Shown here one piece after another: positions 18,786-30,512 of a stretch of 64,000 bases of DNA. A program made the translations under genes and the position numbers. This stretch comes from Eledone cirrhosa. Its lineage: Eukaryota. Position 1 is the first letter of the stretch. Every line of letters starts with the position of its first letter. The stretch is taken from the NCBI GenBank assembly GCA_964016885.1, contig OZ024751.1, positions 37,138,001 through 37,202,000 on the forward strand. The letters run 5' to 3'. A model generated the notes under the pieces. It had not been told where the DNA came from, did not search any database, and saw only the letters and a program-made list of their open reading frames with translations.

Positions 18786-18790
18786 TCCAT
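16709..18790 (-). CDS. ORF1p (gag-like, CCHC zinc knuckle), copy A; 693 aa from a junction-derived ATG (MDHTSLP...)
   Basis: CFRCGSKTHLRAFC knuckle (CX2CX4HX4C), Ser/Asn-rich N-terminus, GWQKVSRRHKRR basic motif, Pro/Thr-rich C-terminus. Use of this start codon is inferred. Confidence 0.85.
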   Translation of the reverse strand: MDHTSLPLIPSSSSSIITTGERRLSLSLPSLNVSLSLPSLSQATKEKKSLVQSVQGFSTTTTTATKQVCGKYENPVHSSDVRNNSSSSRNNNSNSDNENNSSSRNSITSSINNNSISSSNTNNNHSNSGGGSSRSTCSNNKSTSSSDDNNNSREKPISFAGIAKNLETILITNEELEEAKKMVTKNGHRAICKAAKNFFETQEHCTVTYRTVSTKSRRVERATEAQIQKALGSVWQRKTHITRGKKYATVDVLFATPQEAKAQSVVTLRSEEMVLVPSYCGQKIVRVKLTHVPPGMTPSWLAASVLVGIEDKTTVLQVQKKVREDWVGSSIEMLIQTNQECIEAIPDVIDFDNGTQLPISVEGKRPKCFRCGSKTHLRAFCNEKTLRKEKTPLLPNPVPRLPATGQAATRNDRSVAPIPTPRKSKTAAAVEILTTTTAIPNAAATETPVQTSPTTTSERVELVPLPDLTESDMECEVGEGWQKVSRRHKRRSSASSPLKREERNEKRVKSTAKRPTAATPPTPSPPTPAPPSPPATTPPPTTPSTPPPQAPTSQTQQQNTHTQQQRQENSRTTPHPQKNKCTAINTHNKKLMTYIIEHTDISQQDYIIPAPIKTPTNIRLLKIAQKQYTNIKTKFPNAVGDFRDLGGTINRRVYSDILLEEPTTSRRDDSTVPSPDDQVKRDVKTIPPLPKIR

Positions 18791-18836
18791 TATTATTAAT
18801 AATAATAAATATAAGAACAATAAAGCTAATAATAAT
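18786..18836. repeat. 51-bp spacer between A and B, identical to 24632-24682
   Basis: TCCATTATTATTAATAATAATAAATATAAGAACAATAAAGCTAATAATAAT occurs at both positions. Confidence 0.95.
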
Positions 18837-21800
18837 GATTTCTTTATTAACCACAAGGGTTTACATAAAGTAGACATTAAGGACAGTGCAGGACAATGCA
18901 GGACGGTACAAATGGGCATTTCTGCGTGTAAAAAAAACAAAAATAGAGGATGTAACAAAAATAACAATGAAAATAACAATGAAAAATTCCCCAATAGGGG
19001 GGAGACTTCGGAGGGACATTTGTGGAGAAAGCCCAGTAAAAAGCCACAATGACCCTGACCACCAAGGCAAGTGCCCTCTCCCAGTTTTCCACCTTTAGTT
19101 TACAGATATATACTCAGAGTCGGCCCATTCACTCGGGCCATTCTTGCTTCTCTCACCCATCTTTCAACAAAATGCTGGGAAGAGAGCACTTCCTTCTCTA
19201 CTCTGATTTTCCTTTTCAAATGAAATTTGAAAAAGTCAATCAGAGCATCACCGAAGAGGTAAGTGCTCGTCTTCAGCCCTTTCAAACGTGTCCACCATAC
19301 TATCTCTTTCGCCATGGCCACCAGACAGATAAAAACTGCCTGCCCTTCCCGGCTAAAGGAGGAGGGCGGGGCAATCCTCACGATAGACTCAGATGATAGC
19401 TGGATCCGTCCTAAACGCGACAGCAGGTGTTCGACATAAACCCACAAGTCAGCAATTTTCGGACACTGGACGAGTGCGTGCAGGACGGTTTCGTCGCCCT
19501 GCGCGCATCTCGGACATGCCCGGCTGACGGCACCTCCATGCCTGTAGAGTTTATCCCGAACTGGCAAGGCTCCTCGGTAGCACTGCCAGGCCAGAGATTT
19601 CTGGAAGTTGTCCATAGGCCCTGGCCCGAAAGTTCTTCCGAAGAGATTGGCTAGTTGATTTTCGTCGACGCCTAGAGTTTCCCCAAGTACGTCGTCGCTC
19701 TTCCCCTCCACTAATCCTCTATAGAACGCCGAGGTGGAGTTTCCACCGATCACATTGCCCGATTGGTCGAGGGCTGTGAGCGCCTGAAGACATTCCAGTC
19801 TCCAGGCGCTCCCTCTCGGTCTTCGCTTGACCCAGGACTGCAGCTCCGTCAAGGAAACGAGCTGGGGAAAAACGCGTCTAGCAAACGGCGACCACACCTG
19901 ATCACCGTCGAGGAAGAGGTGGAGATGTCGTAGCCTGAGCGCGTGCCTGCGCATCATCAGCCACGGCATGCCCAGCCCTCCACGTAGCGGGTGTTGACAA
20001 CAGATGGACCGCCTGACCATCGGAGCACGTCCCTTCCACAAAAAGCGAAAGAGCAAACGCTCCAGCGCAGTCAGGCGAGGCTTAGGACAAGGTACGACGG
20101 TTAGGCGGTAGCAGATGACAGACGCGATGTACGCGTTAGCCACCTCCGCTCGACCTTTCAGGGATAGCTTCCTCTCCGCCCATTTCTGGGTGAGAGAAGC
20201 CACCCTGCTCGTCACCTCGTCCCAGTTTTTGTCCGTCTGGAGGTCCGGACCGAACCAGACCCCTAGCAATTTAACCGGTCCGTCCGTCCAGCGCCCGACG
20301 ACGCTGTTGGACGGCATGGACCTGCCTCTCCAGGTGCCGAGCTGCAGGCCCACTGACTTTTCCTGGTTGATCATTGCTCCTGTCACCGCTTCGTATTCTC
20401 TTAGTGTAGTGCCGATCGCCTCGATGTGTTTGGCGTTCGACACCACTACGGTGACATCGTCCGCATATGCTGACACGGATCTTCCGCATCCTAGTTCGCG
20501 CGGGACTCCCCTCAACGTCTCCAGTTTGTGCAGTAATGGCTCGAGAGTCAATACGTACAAGAGGGACGAGAGGGGACATCCTTGGCGGACCGAGCGCATG
20601 ATGTTGAACGGTTCCGACAGGTGACCGTTCACTCTCACCACAGAGCAGATGTCGCTGTGCATGGCAGCGATCCAGCCTCTGAAGACGGGCCCAAAGCCAG
20701 CCGCCCTCAGGACTGCCGCTAGGTAACGATGGTCGACCCTATCGAAAGCTTTCGACTGATCTAAATTGATCAAGGACCCACCCGTGCCAGGTTCCCTAGC
20801 TACCCTCTCTACGATGTATCGCATGAGGTGGAGGTTGTCGTGGATGGATCTGTCGGGAATGGCGCATGTCTGCGCCTCTCCCACCAGACCACCAACGACA
20901 AGCGCCAACCTCTTTGCTAGCACCTTGGCCAAAATCTTAAACTCTGTGTTTAGCAGAGTTATGGGCCGGAAATTGTCTATGTTATCCCCCTTGTTCGGAT
21001 CCTTTCTCAGCAGTGCCACCGCTCCTCGGCTCACAGAACTGGGAATTCTCCCGTTCTGTTGCCAGTTGCAGTAGACGTCCGCCAAGAGGCCTCCGAACAA
21101 GTCTGGCATCTGTACGTAAAGTTCATAGGGCAGACCATCCAAACCAGGCGATTTACCCCTTGTGCAGCCAGTCATTGCCTCCCTTACTTCAGCGGCTGTT
21201 ATCGGCTTTTCGCAACACTTCGCCTCAGTGGCCGAGAGCCGCGGCAGTCCGTCGAGGTAGACACTAAAGTCCATCCCTCTACCCGGCCCCCCGCTGCCCC
21301 CGAACAGCTGAGCGAAGTGTCGCTGAAAAGCTTCACACATTTGCCCGGGATCGAGTAGCATGCGCCCGTCGTGGTCCACCAAAGACCGGATCGTGGCTTT
21401 GTTGCCACGACGCGCCTCCGCCACTCGGGCCCATTGAACGGCTTTCGTCCCCTCGTGTCTGAGAGCACGCACCCTAGCTCTGACAACGCAGCCTTCGTGC
21501 TTTGCATTGAAGAATTGGTCAAGGGCCAATTTCGCCGCAAGCACGTCGGTCGCAATGCCTTTGCTAAGCGCCTCGTCTAATTTTCTAACTAGTTCTCCCT
21601 CTGCTCTATTTTTCTCTATTGCTAAAGCCTTACTAAACCTAATCGATTCTATTCTAATCGCTCTTTTCAGAGCAAACCACCACTTGTTGTTGACGATGGC
21701 CCCCGTCAACGCCCGCTTAACTAGTTCGCTAATCCGGTCTCTGTAGGCCTTGCGCGCTGGTAAGGACGCGTTTAGCTTCCAGTAGCCGGGTCCTCGTCTA

Positions 21801-24631
21801 TGAAGCCTATCTAAGTCAAGCACACAGATCACGAATTTGTGGTCCGTGTAGCTGACTATCTTGAATTGTGGACAGCCTATGCTAGACCTATCTATTTCCC
21901 TACAAAATACTCTATCTAGATATGATCTGGATGACCCTATGCGGTTTGTCCAAGTCCACATTGGCACATTCGGGAAATCCAATCGGTACCTGTCAGACAG
22001 TTCAAAACGCCTGAGCAGGTTGGTGAGGCTCTTGCACCCTCCACCCCTATCCGCTAATCCCACACAGTCCCAGCGTGCATCTAAGATCCCGTTCCAGTCG
22101 CCCACTAACACTAAAGAGCGCGACGTTCCAAGAAAGGTCTCCAGACGCCGGAAGAAATCAGGCCGCCCTGCTCCTGTCGGGGCATAGACGGCCACTAGCC
22201 TGAAAGCTTGCCCGTCTCCGCTGGTCACGTCCAGCACCACCAGCTTACCCTCTGGGTCCAGGAAGATGGCCCGTATGGCGAGATCCAAACCTCTCCGAAA
22301 AAGCACAGCAACTCCTCCACCCGATCCAGGACGGCTGGGAGATGCGTACACATCGTAGCCGCCGAAGATCGGTGCGAAGGCCCGTGCTTCGGAGATTCTT
22401 GTCTCGCTGATGGCCACTACATCTATGTTTAGTGACCTGAGGTCGTTGAGCAGGTGACCCTGCTTCCATGACGACCCCAAGCCACGCGCATTTATGCTGC
22501 CTATTCTGAGTGAGGTCATGTTTAAAATAGAGTGGAAAAGATGGGAAAGACCACTTACCGTATTTTTGGTAGAGGAGGGATGGTTTTTACATCCCTTTTC
22601 ACTTGATCGTCTGGTGAAGGGACCGTTGAATCGTCCCTTCGGCTGGTCGTCGGCTCTTCTAAGAGAATGTCTGAATATACTCTTCGATTAATGGTTCCTC
22701 CTAGGTCCCTGAAATCACCAACTGCGTTGGGGAATTTCGTTTTAATGTTTGTGTATTGTTTCTGTGCTATTTTTAGCAGTCTTATGTTAGTTGGCGTTTT
22801 GATTGGTGCTGGTATTATGTAGTCCTGTTGTGAAATGTCTGTGTGTTCAATTATGTAAGTCATTAGTTTCTTGTTGTGTGTGTTTATTGCCGTGCATTTG
22901 TTTTTCTGGGGGTGGGGTGTGGTTCTGCTATTTTCTTGTCGTTGTTGCTGGGTGTGTGTGTTTTGTTGTTGTGTTTGCGATGTTGGTGCTTGTGGTGGTG
23001 GTGTTGAAGGTGTTGTTGGCGGTGGGGTTGTCGCCGGTGGTGATGGTGGTGCTGGTGTGGGTGGTGATGGTGTTGGTGGTGTTGCTGCTGTGGGTCTCTT
23101 TGCAGTAGACTTTACCCTTTTCTCATTTCTTTCCTCCCTTTTCAAAGGCGACGATGCGCTGCTTCTGCGTTTGTGCCTTCTTGAGACCTTTTGCCATCCC
23201 TCTCCCACCTCACACTCCATGTCTGATTCTGTAAGGTCGGGGAGGGGTACCAGCTCCACTCTTTCACTTGTTGTTGTTGGTGATGTTTGCACTGGAGTCT
23301 CTGTTGCAGCTGCATTTGGTATTGCTGTTGTTGTTGTTAATATTTCCACTGCTGCTGCTGTCTTTGATTTCCGTGGAGTGGGTATGGGTGCCACGGACCT
23401 ATCGTTCCTGGTTGCCGCTTGTCCTGTTGCTGGTAGCCGTGGAACCGGATTCGGGAGGAGGGGGGTTTTCTCCTTTCTCAGGGTCTTCTCGTTGCAGAAG
23501 GCCCTGAGGTGAGTCTTCGATCCACAGCGAAAGCATTTCGGGCGTTTGCCCTCAACACTTATGGGCAGTTGAGTGCCGTTATCGAAGTCTATCACATCCG
23601 GGATAGCTTCGATGCACTCCTGGTTGGTTTGGATTAGCATCTCAATGGAGGAGCCGACCCAATCTTCTCTTACTTTTTTCTGTACTTGCAGTACAGTTGT
23701 TTTGTCCTCGATTCCGACGAGGACAGACGCGGCCAGCCAAGAAGGGGTCATTCCGGGGGGGACGTGGGTCAGTTTGACCCTCACAATTTTTTGCCCGCAG
23801 TAGGAGGGCACCAACACCATTTCCTCGCTCCTTAGGGTCACTACTGATTGGGCCTTTGCCTCCTGGGGTGTGGCAAAAAGTACGTCTACGGTGGCGTATT
23901 TTTTGCCTCGGGTGATGTGCGTTTTCCTCTGCCACACAGACCCCAAGGCTTTTTGTATTTGGGCCTCTGTGGCTCTTTCCACCCTACGGGATTTTGTACT
24001 TACTGTACGGTACGTGACCGTACAGTGCTCTTGGGTTTCGAAAAAATTTTTCGCTGCCTTGCAGATTGCTCGGTGTCCGTTCTTTGTCACCATCTTCTTC
24101 GCTTCCTCTAATTCCTCATTTGTTATGAGGATTGTTTCCAGGTTTTTCGCAATACCTGCAAATGAGATTGGTTTTTCTCTGCTGTTGTTGTTGTCGTCAG
24201 AGCTGCTGGTACTTTTGTTGTTGCTGCAGGTACTACGACTACTGCCTCCGCCGCTGTTGCTGTGGTTGTTGTTGGTGTTGCTGCTGCTAATGCTGTTGTT
24301 GTTTATGCTGCTGGTGATGCTGTTGCGGCTGCTACTGTTGTTTTCATTGTCACTGTTGCTGTTGTTATTACGGCTGCTACTGCTATTATTCCTGACGTCA
24401 GACGAATGAACTGGGTTTTCGTATTTCCCGCACACCTGTTTCGTCGCTGTCGTCGTCGTCGTGGAGAAACCTTGCACGCTTTGCACGAGACTTTTCTTTT
24501 CTTTCGTCGCTTGCGAAAGAGAAGGTAGGGAGAGAGACACATTTAAAGAAGGGAGGGAGAGAGACAATCTTCTCTCTCCTGTAGTGATGATTGAGGAAGA
24601 AGAAGACGGAATGAGTGGGAGTGACGTATGA
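18837..24631 (-). mobile_element. Tx1/L1-group non-LTR retrotransposon, copy B (5795 bp, same 5' truncation as A)
   Basis: Offset exactly 5846 bp from A; at least one SNP (13785 g vs 19631 a). Confidence 0.95.
19100..22519 (-). CDS. ORF2p APE-RT-CCHC (1139 aa), copy B
   Basis: Same motifs as copy A; uninterrupted. Confidence 0.97.
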   Translation of the reverse strand: MTSLRIGSINARGLGSSWKQGHLLNDLRSLNIDVVAISETRISEARAFAPIFGGYDVYASPSRPGSGGGVAVLFRRGLDLAIRAIFLDPEGKLVVLDVTSGDGQAFRLVAVYAPTGAGRPDFFRRLETFLGTSRSLVLVGDWNGILDARWDCVGLADRGGGCKSLTNLLRRFELSDRYRLDFPNVPMWTWTNRIGSSRSYLDRVFCREIDRSSIGCPQFKIVSYTDHKFVICVLDLDRLHRRGPGYWKLNASLPARKAYRDRISELVKRALTGAIVNNKWWFALKRAIRIESIRFSKALAIEKNRAEGELVRKLDEALSKGIATDVLAAKLALDQFFNAKHEGCVVRARVRALRHEGTKAVQWARVAEARRGNKATIRSLVDHDGRMLLDPGQMCEAFQRHFAQLFGGSGGPGRGMDFSVYLDGLPRLSATEAKCCEKPITAAEVREAMTGCTRGKSPGLDGLPYELYVQMPDLFGGLLADVYCNWQQNGRIPSSVSRGAVALLRKDPNKGDNIDNFRPITLLNTEFKILAKVLAKRLALVVGGLVGEAQTCAIPDRSIHDNLHLMRYIVERVAREPGTGGSLINLDQSKAFDRVDHRYLAAVLRAAGFGPVFRGWIAAMHSDICSVVRVNGHLSEPFNIMRSVRQGCPLSSLLYVLTLEPLLHKLETLRGVPRELGCGRSVSAYADDVTVVVSNAKHIEAIGTTLREYEAVTGAMINQEKSVGLQLGTWRGRSMPSNSVVGRWTDGPVKLLGVWFGPDLQTDKNWDEVTSRVASLTQKWAERKLSLKGRAEVANAYIASVICYRLTVVPCPKPRLTALERLLFRFLWKGRAPMVRRSICCQHPLRGGLGMPWLMMRRHALRLRHLHLFLDGDQVWSPFARRVFPQLVSLTELQSWVKRRPRGSAWRLECLQALTALDQSGNVIGGNSTSAFYRGLVEGKSDDVLGETLGVDENQLANLFGRTFGPGPMDNFQKSLAWQCYRGALPVRDKLYRHGGAVSRACPRCAQGDETVLHALVQCPKIADLWVYVEHLLSRLGRIQLSSESIVRIAPPSSFSREGQAVFICLVAMAKEIVWWTRLKGLKTSTYLFGDALIDFFKFHLKRKIRVEKEVLSSQHFVERWVREARMARVNGPTLSIYL

Positions 24632-24636
24632 TCCAT
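22555..24636 (-). CDS. ORF1p (CCHC knuckle), copy B; 693 aa from a junction-derived ATG
   Basis: Same protein as copy A from MDHTSLP onward. Confidence 0.85.
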   Translation of the reverse strand: MDHTSLPLIPSSSSSIITTGERRLSLSLPSLNVSLSLPSLSQATKEKKSLVQSVQGFSTTTTTATKQVCGKYENPVHSSDVRNNSSSSRNNNSNSDNENNSSSRNSITSSINNNSISSSNTNNNHSNSGGGSSRSTCSNNKSTSSSDDNNNSREKPISFAGIAKNLETILITNEELEEAKKMVTKNGHRAICKAAKNFFETQEHCTVTYRTVSTKSRRVERATEAQIQKALGSVWQRKTHITRGKKYATVDVLFATPQEAKAQSVVTLRSEEMVLVPSYCGQKIVRVKLTHVPPGMTPSWLAASVLVGIEDKTTVLQVQKKVREDWVGSSIEMLIQTNQECIEAIPDVIDFDNGTQLPISVEGKRPKCFRCGSKTHLRAFCNEKTLRKEKTPLLPNPVPRLPATGQAATRNDRSVAPIPTPRKSKTAAAVEILTTTTAIPNAAATETPVQTSPTTTSERVELVPLPDLTESDMECEVGEGWQKVSRRHKRRSSASSPLKREERNEKRVKSTAKRPTAATPPTPSPPTPAPPSPPATTPPPTTPSTPPPQAPTSQTQQQNTHTQQQRQENSRTTPHPQKNKCTAINTHNKKLMTYIIEHTDISQQDYIIPAPIKTPTNIRLLKIAQKQYTNIKTKFPNAVGDFRDLGGTINRRVYSDILLEEPTTSRRDDSTVPSPDDQVKRDVKTIPPLPKIR

Positions 24637-24775
24637 TATTATTAATAATAATAAATATAAGAACAATAAAGCTAATAATAATATTATTAATGACAAATAT
24701 AATAATAATACTAATAATAATAATAAAAATAACAACGACAACAACAACAACAACAACAACAATAAAAATAAAAAA
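24632..24775. repeat. AAT/AAC-rich target microsatellite on the 5' side of the A-B array
   Basis: Imperfect (AAT)n then (AAC)n; the first 51 bp are duplicated at 18786-18836. Confidence 0.85.
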
Positions 24776-27158
24776 AGAAATCATCAGTTTATAATAATGT
24801 GATTGTGATAGACAGAAAGAATTATAATTATTACAACAGACATTATATAAAAAGGTAAAACAAAAAGGACAAGACAAACAACGATAAACACAAACAATAA
24901 AAAGAGAGTTATCACATTGATATTTTTCCGCATACAATAAGATAGTTTACAAGAAATATAGAAAGATAAATGTATTTTCAATAAATAAGTATATGATAAT
25001 AATAAAAAAAGCCGAATGATTCGCCTAAGTGGTTTCATTAAAAAAAGATCGTGGGCCACGTCTAATGTTTCTTTTGTCAGTCAATATATCTTATGTCGAC
25101 CATATATATACATGAGTGTGTGTGTGTGTGTCAGTGTGTGTGTGTATGCTTAAATATACCTACACATATATATATATATATACTCATATCTCCCTCCGTA
25201 TATATATATATATATATATGCGTGTGTGTGTGTGTGTGTGTGCGTCTGTCTGTCTAGCTGTCTCTCTCTCTCTCACTCTCTCCCCCTCTCTCTCTTTCTG
25301 GGTTATATTACGCGCGTATTGCAAAGGGAAAAAAAATCACCAAGATTTGTAAACAAAATGTTAGAATTTTTTGCAATCCTTGTTTCTTCAGCAGTGTACA
25401 CAGATACCATAACCTTAATGGAATAGGAAGAAGGAACACAACGTAAATACTTAAACGGTTGGATCCACTCAAACTGAAAAAAAATCCTTTTCTGTCTCAT
25501 TTCTACCCAATCTGTGCGAAAATATGACAAGATCTTTCGATATTTTATCTAATATAGAATCAGGTTAAAACCCATACTGAAGTTACTAGCTAAATATTCA
25601 TTCCAGGTCCTTGTTTCATTCGAAAGGGAGACAACTTGCGGGCAAGACTAACAGAATCGTTTAATCACTTAATCAACAACAGTAATAATAAAACAAACCT
25701 ATTTAACTAAAGAGGACATACTAGATACCAGACCAGATCAATTGTAAAGGATTTAGTAAATTACATCAATACTGTTGAAATATAATGAAAATAATCCTGA
25801 TCAATAAACAATCAGATCTAAGAATAAAGACAATAGACTATAGTTCTAGAAAAAGTGGATGATATAGAATTGACAAATGTAACAAAAGATGACGAAAAGG
25901 AAATGAATAAATAAATAAAACCTCCATTGTCCATCTCATAACAATTTTTATATATTTCATTTTACTCATCAGAGATGTGTAACCTCGGTAGACAACCTTT
26001 GTAATGTGTAGTAGACGAAGTGTACCAAGAATCCTTTATAGCATAATATAAAGATATAGAATGGTTTCTAACATAGGGACAAGGCCGACAATTATTTCTC
26101 TGTGGATGTGTGTTGTGTGAGGAGGAGGGTAGAGGAGTCAGTTAAATCGATCCCAGTATTAAACTGGTATTTTATTTCCTTGATCCCGGAATGGAGAAAG
26201 GAAAAAGGATCATAAATAAATGAGGCAAAGGATTTTGTCCAAAGTTCTAACGATTCTACTAATCTATCATCCTTGTAAACCATAGAATTGCGACAACATT
26301 TTTCCTCAATCAATCAATAGGTGGCACTGCTTCCACGGACTTCCTTGACTCTCTATTACCATCCAATTCTATTGTTCATCATATTCAGCAGGTCAGAAGG
26401 ATTGCAATTTATCTTTTAGGAAATCCTTTCTGTTGCAAACGCAACACATTGGCAGAGTCGTCAGAACTCTGGAGTAATTTATTATCTTCGTTTTGGCCCT
26501 CAAATTATATCCAGTCTAATAACCTGTGGCTAGAAATCAGCAGAAATAACAACCTTTTCTGTACAAAAAGACTGAAACCCAAAATAAAAATACGAAATTT
26601 TTTTTACATAAGAACCGTTTCTACAACTTTATCATACCAAACTTAAAGAATAATTAAATATCAACTTTGCATTCAACATCATATAGTCCATAAGTCCGCC
26701 CAGGAGCTATTTATGATATTTCTGACACGTTTCTACTCCTAAATGTAATCTTTACCATTCCTTCATAAGTATTAATCCTATTTTCCTGTATCCCATTTCT
26801 CCAAGAACTCACCTTTCCGACACCTTTTCAATTTATCTAACTAAAACGTAAAACATTTTATAGTCAGCTGCACCATTGTCAGTTTGAAATAATTTTAGAT
26901 ATATTTCAACTATAATCTAACAGACGTGGACCTATAATTTTCGACTACTCAACTTAAATTACGTTTTTCTATGTCCCACACCTCTGATTATATAGCATTA
27001 TCTTGATAAAAGGACAAGCGGACGACAAAAATGCGTCACTTTTACTATTGTTGTGCTTTGCTTATGGTCGTCTCAATTAATATGCATTAGTGTACTTAAT
27101 ATCACGTTTCTTTGAAAATGGACGGAATTTCTTGCAACAGTTGTGTTTACACACACAT

Positions 27159-27292
<134 letters not shown>

Positions 27293-27304
27293 GGAGAAAG
27301 AGAG

Positions 27305-27373
<69 letters not shown>

Positions 27374-27414
27374 TAGGAATAACCAAAGAGTGCTTAGAAA
27401 TACATAGTTTTATT

Positions 27415-27461
27415 AGCTAACAGTGTTTCATCCATACACCAAGGCAGGAATCCTCAGAGCC
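27415..27461 (-). ncRNA. Degenerate hammerhead ribozyme motif
   Basis: Minus strand reads GGCT-CTGAGGA-TTCC...GGAT-GAAA-CACTG-TT-AGCT. The core fits CUGANGA/GAAA but the stems are weak. Confidence 0.4.
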
Positions 27462-29289
27462 TATAAACATGAGTATATCAGTAGTTGCATGCTCCATCAA
27501 GCTGCGTCACCAGAACAAGGTTAAATGACCAGCAGGGGGGGGGGGTCCCGAGGCCAGCTCTATATGGAAAAAGACAGAATACATGATGCACATAATGTCA
27601 TAAAATGTTTTAAAAGTTAAAAAATTAAAAATTACACCACAAATGTATCACTTAAATGGTGCAATAGATGATAAAGAGGTTGGGTGAGGGTAGCAAGGGA
27701 TGAGTGAGGGTATTACTCAGCATGATCAGAAACAATAAGAAAATAATAAAAAAAAAAAATAATAATAAAAAAGTACAAAAATACAGGGATAAGAAAAGAG
27801 ATAAATATAAAAATACAAAACAATAAAGGAACAAAAAGCCCGGAACCCCCCCCAAAAAATATCTATGCACGCATTCACGCACATATATTACAGCCTACCT
27901 ATATCTCATGAGAATCAGTCTACAGCGGAAATTTTCCTCTGCAAGACGCAATGCAGACCATGATTATATTGCGAAGGACCAACTATCATTCACCCTGCGT
28001 CTTTCCACTTATGCCTTTCGGGTTATAAAGTAAATGTCCGATAAAAAAAAAATGGCATTAGTAACGTTACAGTTGAATTCAAAACTGCAAAATTCTCGAA
28101 AAGAGCGTAGCTACCCCAACACCACCACCACCAGCTAACCAACCACTGAGGACGTATATACGTTTTTGCCAATACAAAAAGAATATAAGGTAAATTAGAA
28201 CCCAATATGGAGAGAGTCAGAACAAATACCGCATAGAATTCATGCCTTTGGCTGGCATAATAATAAAATATTATACCATATATCACATGAATCGATATCT
28301 TCCCTGAAGAGAGACAACACCAAAAACATTGCACTCAATTGCGCATATCAGTAGAACAATATACAGCTCTTTGTTTCAGTTACTCATAGGAATCCATACA
28401 ACCACTTATAGAGATTAAGATATATATCTGGAGAGGAATCTCATACATGGAATCATACTGATTGCAACATTACCATTTAATATGGATAGGAAAGAATGAT
28501 ACGACATAGTTATTGATTGCATATGTTCTCAGTGTGCTTATTTCAGATTAATTGAACTAATCCATTGAGAGTTAAGTACTATTTCTTGAGAATGGTAATA
28601 CAGTTTCCTACTCTAGCCATGCACTTTTGTCTCGTTGACCATTTGGCCAATTATTTCGCCAGCTACAGTTCTCTCTTGAATGATCTATACTATCCTGATA
28701 TAGTTTCTATAAAAGCTTTATATATACTACATTTATACAATGTTATAAGTTAACATTGTGCTTGATGGAATGTTTTTTCTTTTTTGGTAGATTTCTTCAA
28801 TTATTGAGTGATGCATCTAAGTATATTCTTAATTGAAAGTATTTTTATTCACATCAATACTTATTGTTAGATCTGACTAATAAAACTATGTTTTCATTGG
28901 TCTGTTCGTTGCTGATACTATCTGTCGGTTGTAAATCTAGGGAGAATAAGGCACAGAAACACAACATATCAGATATCAAATAGTTTTGTTTTATCAATTC
29001 CACCAACCAACCGCCCCTGGAATGGTACTAGTTCTTTATTTAATGACTCCGAAAGTATGAATACAGATTGAAGAGAGCAGGACGAAATGCCGGGATTTGA
29101 ACTCTATTCTCTACACTGAAAGATTGCATGTATGTATCTACCAGAAGATCATAGAGGTGTCGAAGTGGCACTGTAGGGACCACGTTTTGGGGGCATTTTA
29201 AAACTGACAGAAATCAACCCACTCCGTGCCTCGCCCCACCCCCCAAAGGAGTGAGAGTAAATAGAGAGGAAGTGAGAAAGAGATATAGA

Positions 29290-29455
29290 AGAAGATTTGG
29301 CTCGCCTACTGAACAGACACAATTGTTATCGTCTCCAGAAGGACGAAAGGCAAAGTTAACCTCACCCCAGTTTGACATCCGTGTGCAGGGAATCGGAAGG
29401 GATATCACAAATCATTCTACCTGACGTTCTAATGGTTCTGCCACTTCGGCACCCT
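29290..29455 (-). mobile_element. Diverged family-1 SINE
   Basis: GAAGGACGAAAGGCAAAGTTAACCTC and CTAATGGTTCTGCCA match the 7965-8146 copy. Confidence 0.55.
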
Positions 29456-30018
29456 TACAATAATAGACTAGTAATAAATAACTACATAAAATATTTAGGT
29501 TCACCTTCATAATAGAAAGAAATACACTTTAACTCCAAACAACAATTTATCCAGAGTGACAGGGAAAGTTTGAATATTTTGATATTCATGGATTTTCCAA
29601 GAACATTTGTTTCCGAAAGCAAATTTAGAATTGAAATCGTGACAAGATTTCTACTCATCGTACGTCGTCGGAAAAATATTAAACAAGAGCACATATCCAA
29701 GAAGAAAGTACAGAGATCTCACACGAAAATAATTTAATTTGGAACTGCTTTCAACATGGAATGGTGTTCAGTGAAGACAATAATTTATAGAAAGATGCTT
29801 CTAGTTCGATTTATGTAAATCCTCTTTCTATAATGGCTGTGCTTGAAAACTCATGAGATTATGATTTTTATGTGTGCTTGCTTAAAATATATTATGAATT
29901 TGACAGATGTAGTAATGAGTAGGAATATGTATGTATAGTGAATGTTAGTAATATTATTAATAATAGTATAAACATATATAAATATATACTTATACATACA
30001 TGTATATGCATATGCATA

Positions 30019-30104
<86 letters not shown>

Positions 30105-30268
30105 TAGATACAAAGACACACACACACACACACACACATATATTTATAAATACATAAATACCTATATGTACATATATATATAGACATATATACACAAACA
30201 CACACACACATATATATAAATACATAAATACCTATATGTACATATATATACACATATATAGACACAAA

Positions 30269-30340
<72 letters not shown>

Positions 30341-30388
30341 AATACCTATATGTACATATCTATATATATATACACACATCTATACTAT

Positions 30389-30439
<51 letters not shown>

Positions 30440-30457
30440 TATATTCATATGTATTAA

Positions 30458-30512
<55 letters not shown>

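Noticed and set aside
16709-24762. 761-aa and 735-aa N-terminally extended ORF1 calls
   Set aside because: The extensions run through the neighbour's 3' UTR or flanking microsatellite from non-ATG starts. The native start is MATKKKKF, and the first junction ATG gives MDH.
25330-25490. Possible minus-strand host exon after a TTTTTTTTCAG acceptor
   Set aside because: No recognisable protein motif or partner exons; unsupported without RNA data.
25945-25980. CTGATGA...GAAA on the minus strand (similar weak hit near 3805)
   Set aside because: No credible stem II or cleavage triplet; likely chance or too decayed.
27600-28350. Possible decayed minus-strand L1/Tx1 relic (GGGGVGVATLFSR resembles the EN motif GGGVAVLFRR)
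   Set aside because: A single short motif amid stop codons; needs a translated homology search.
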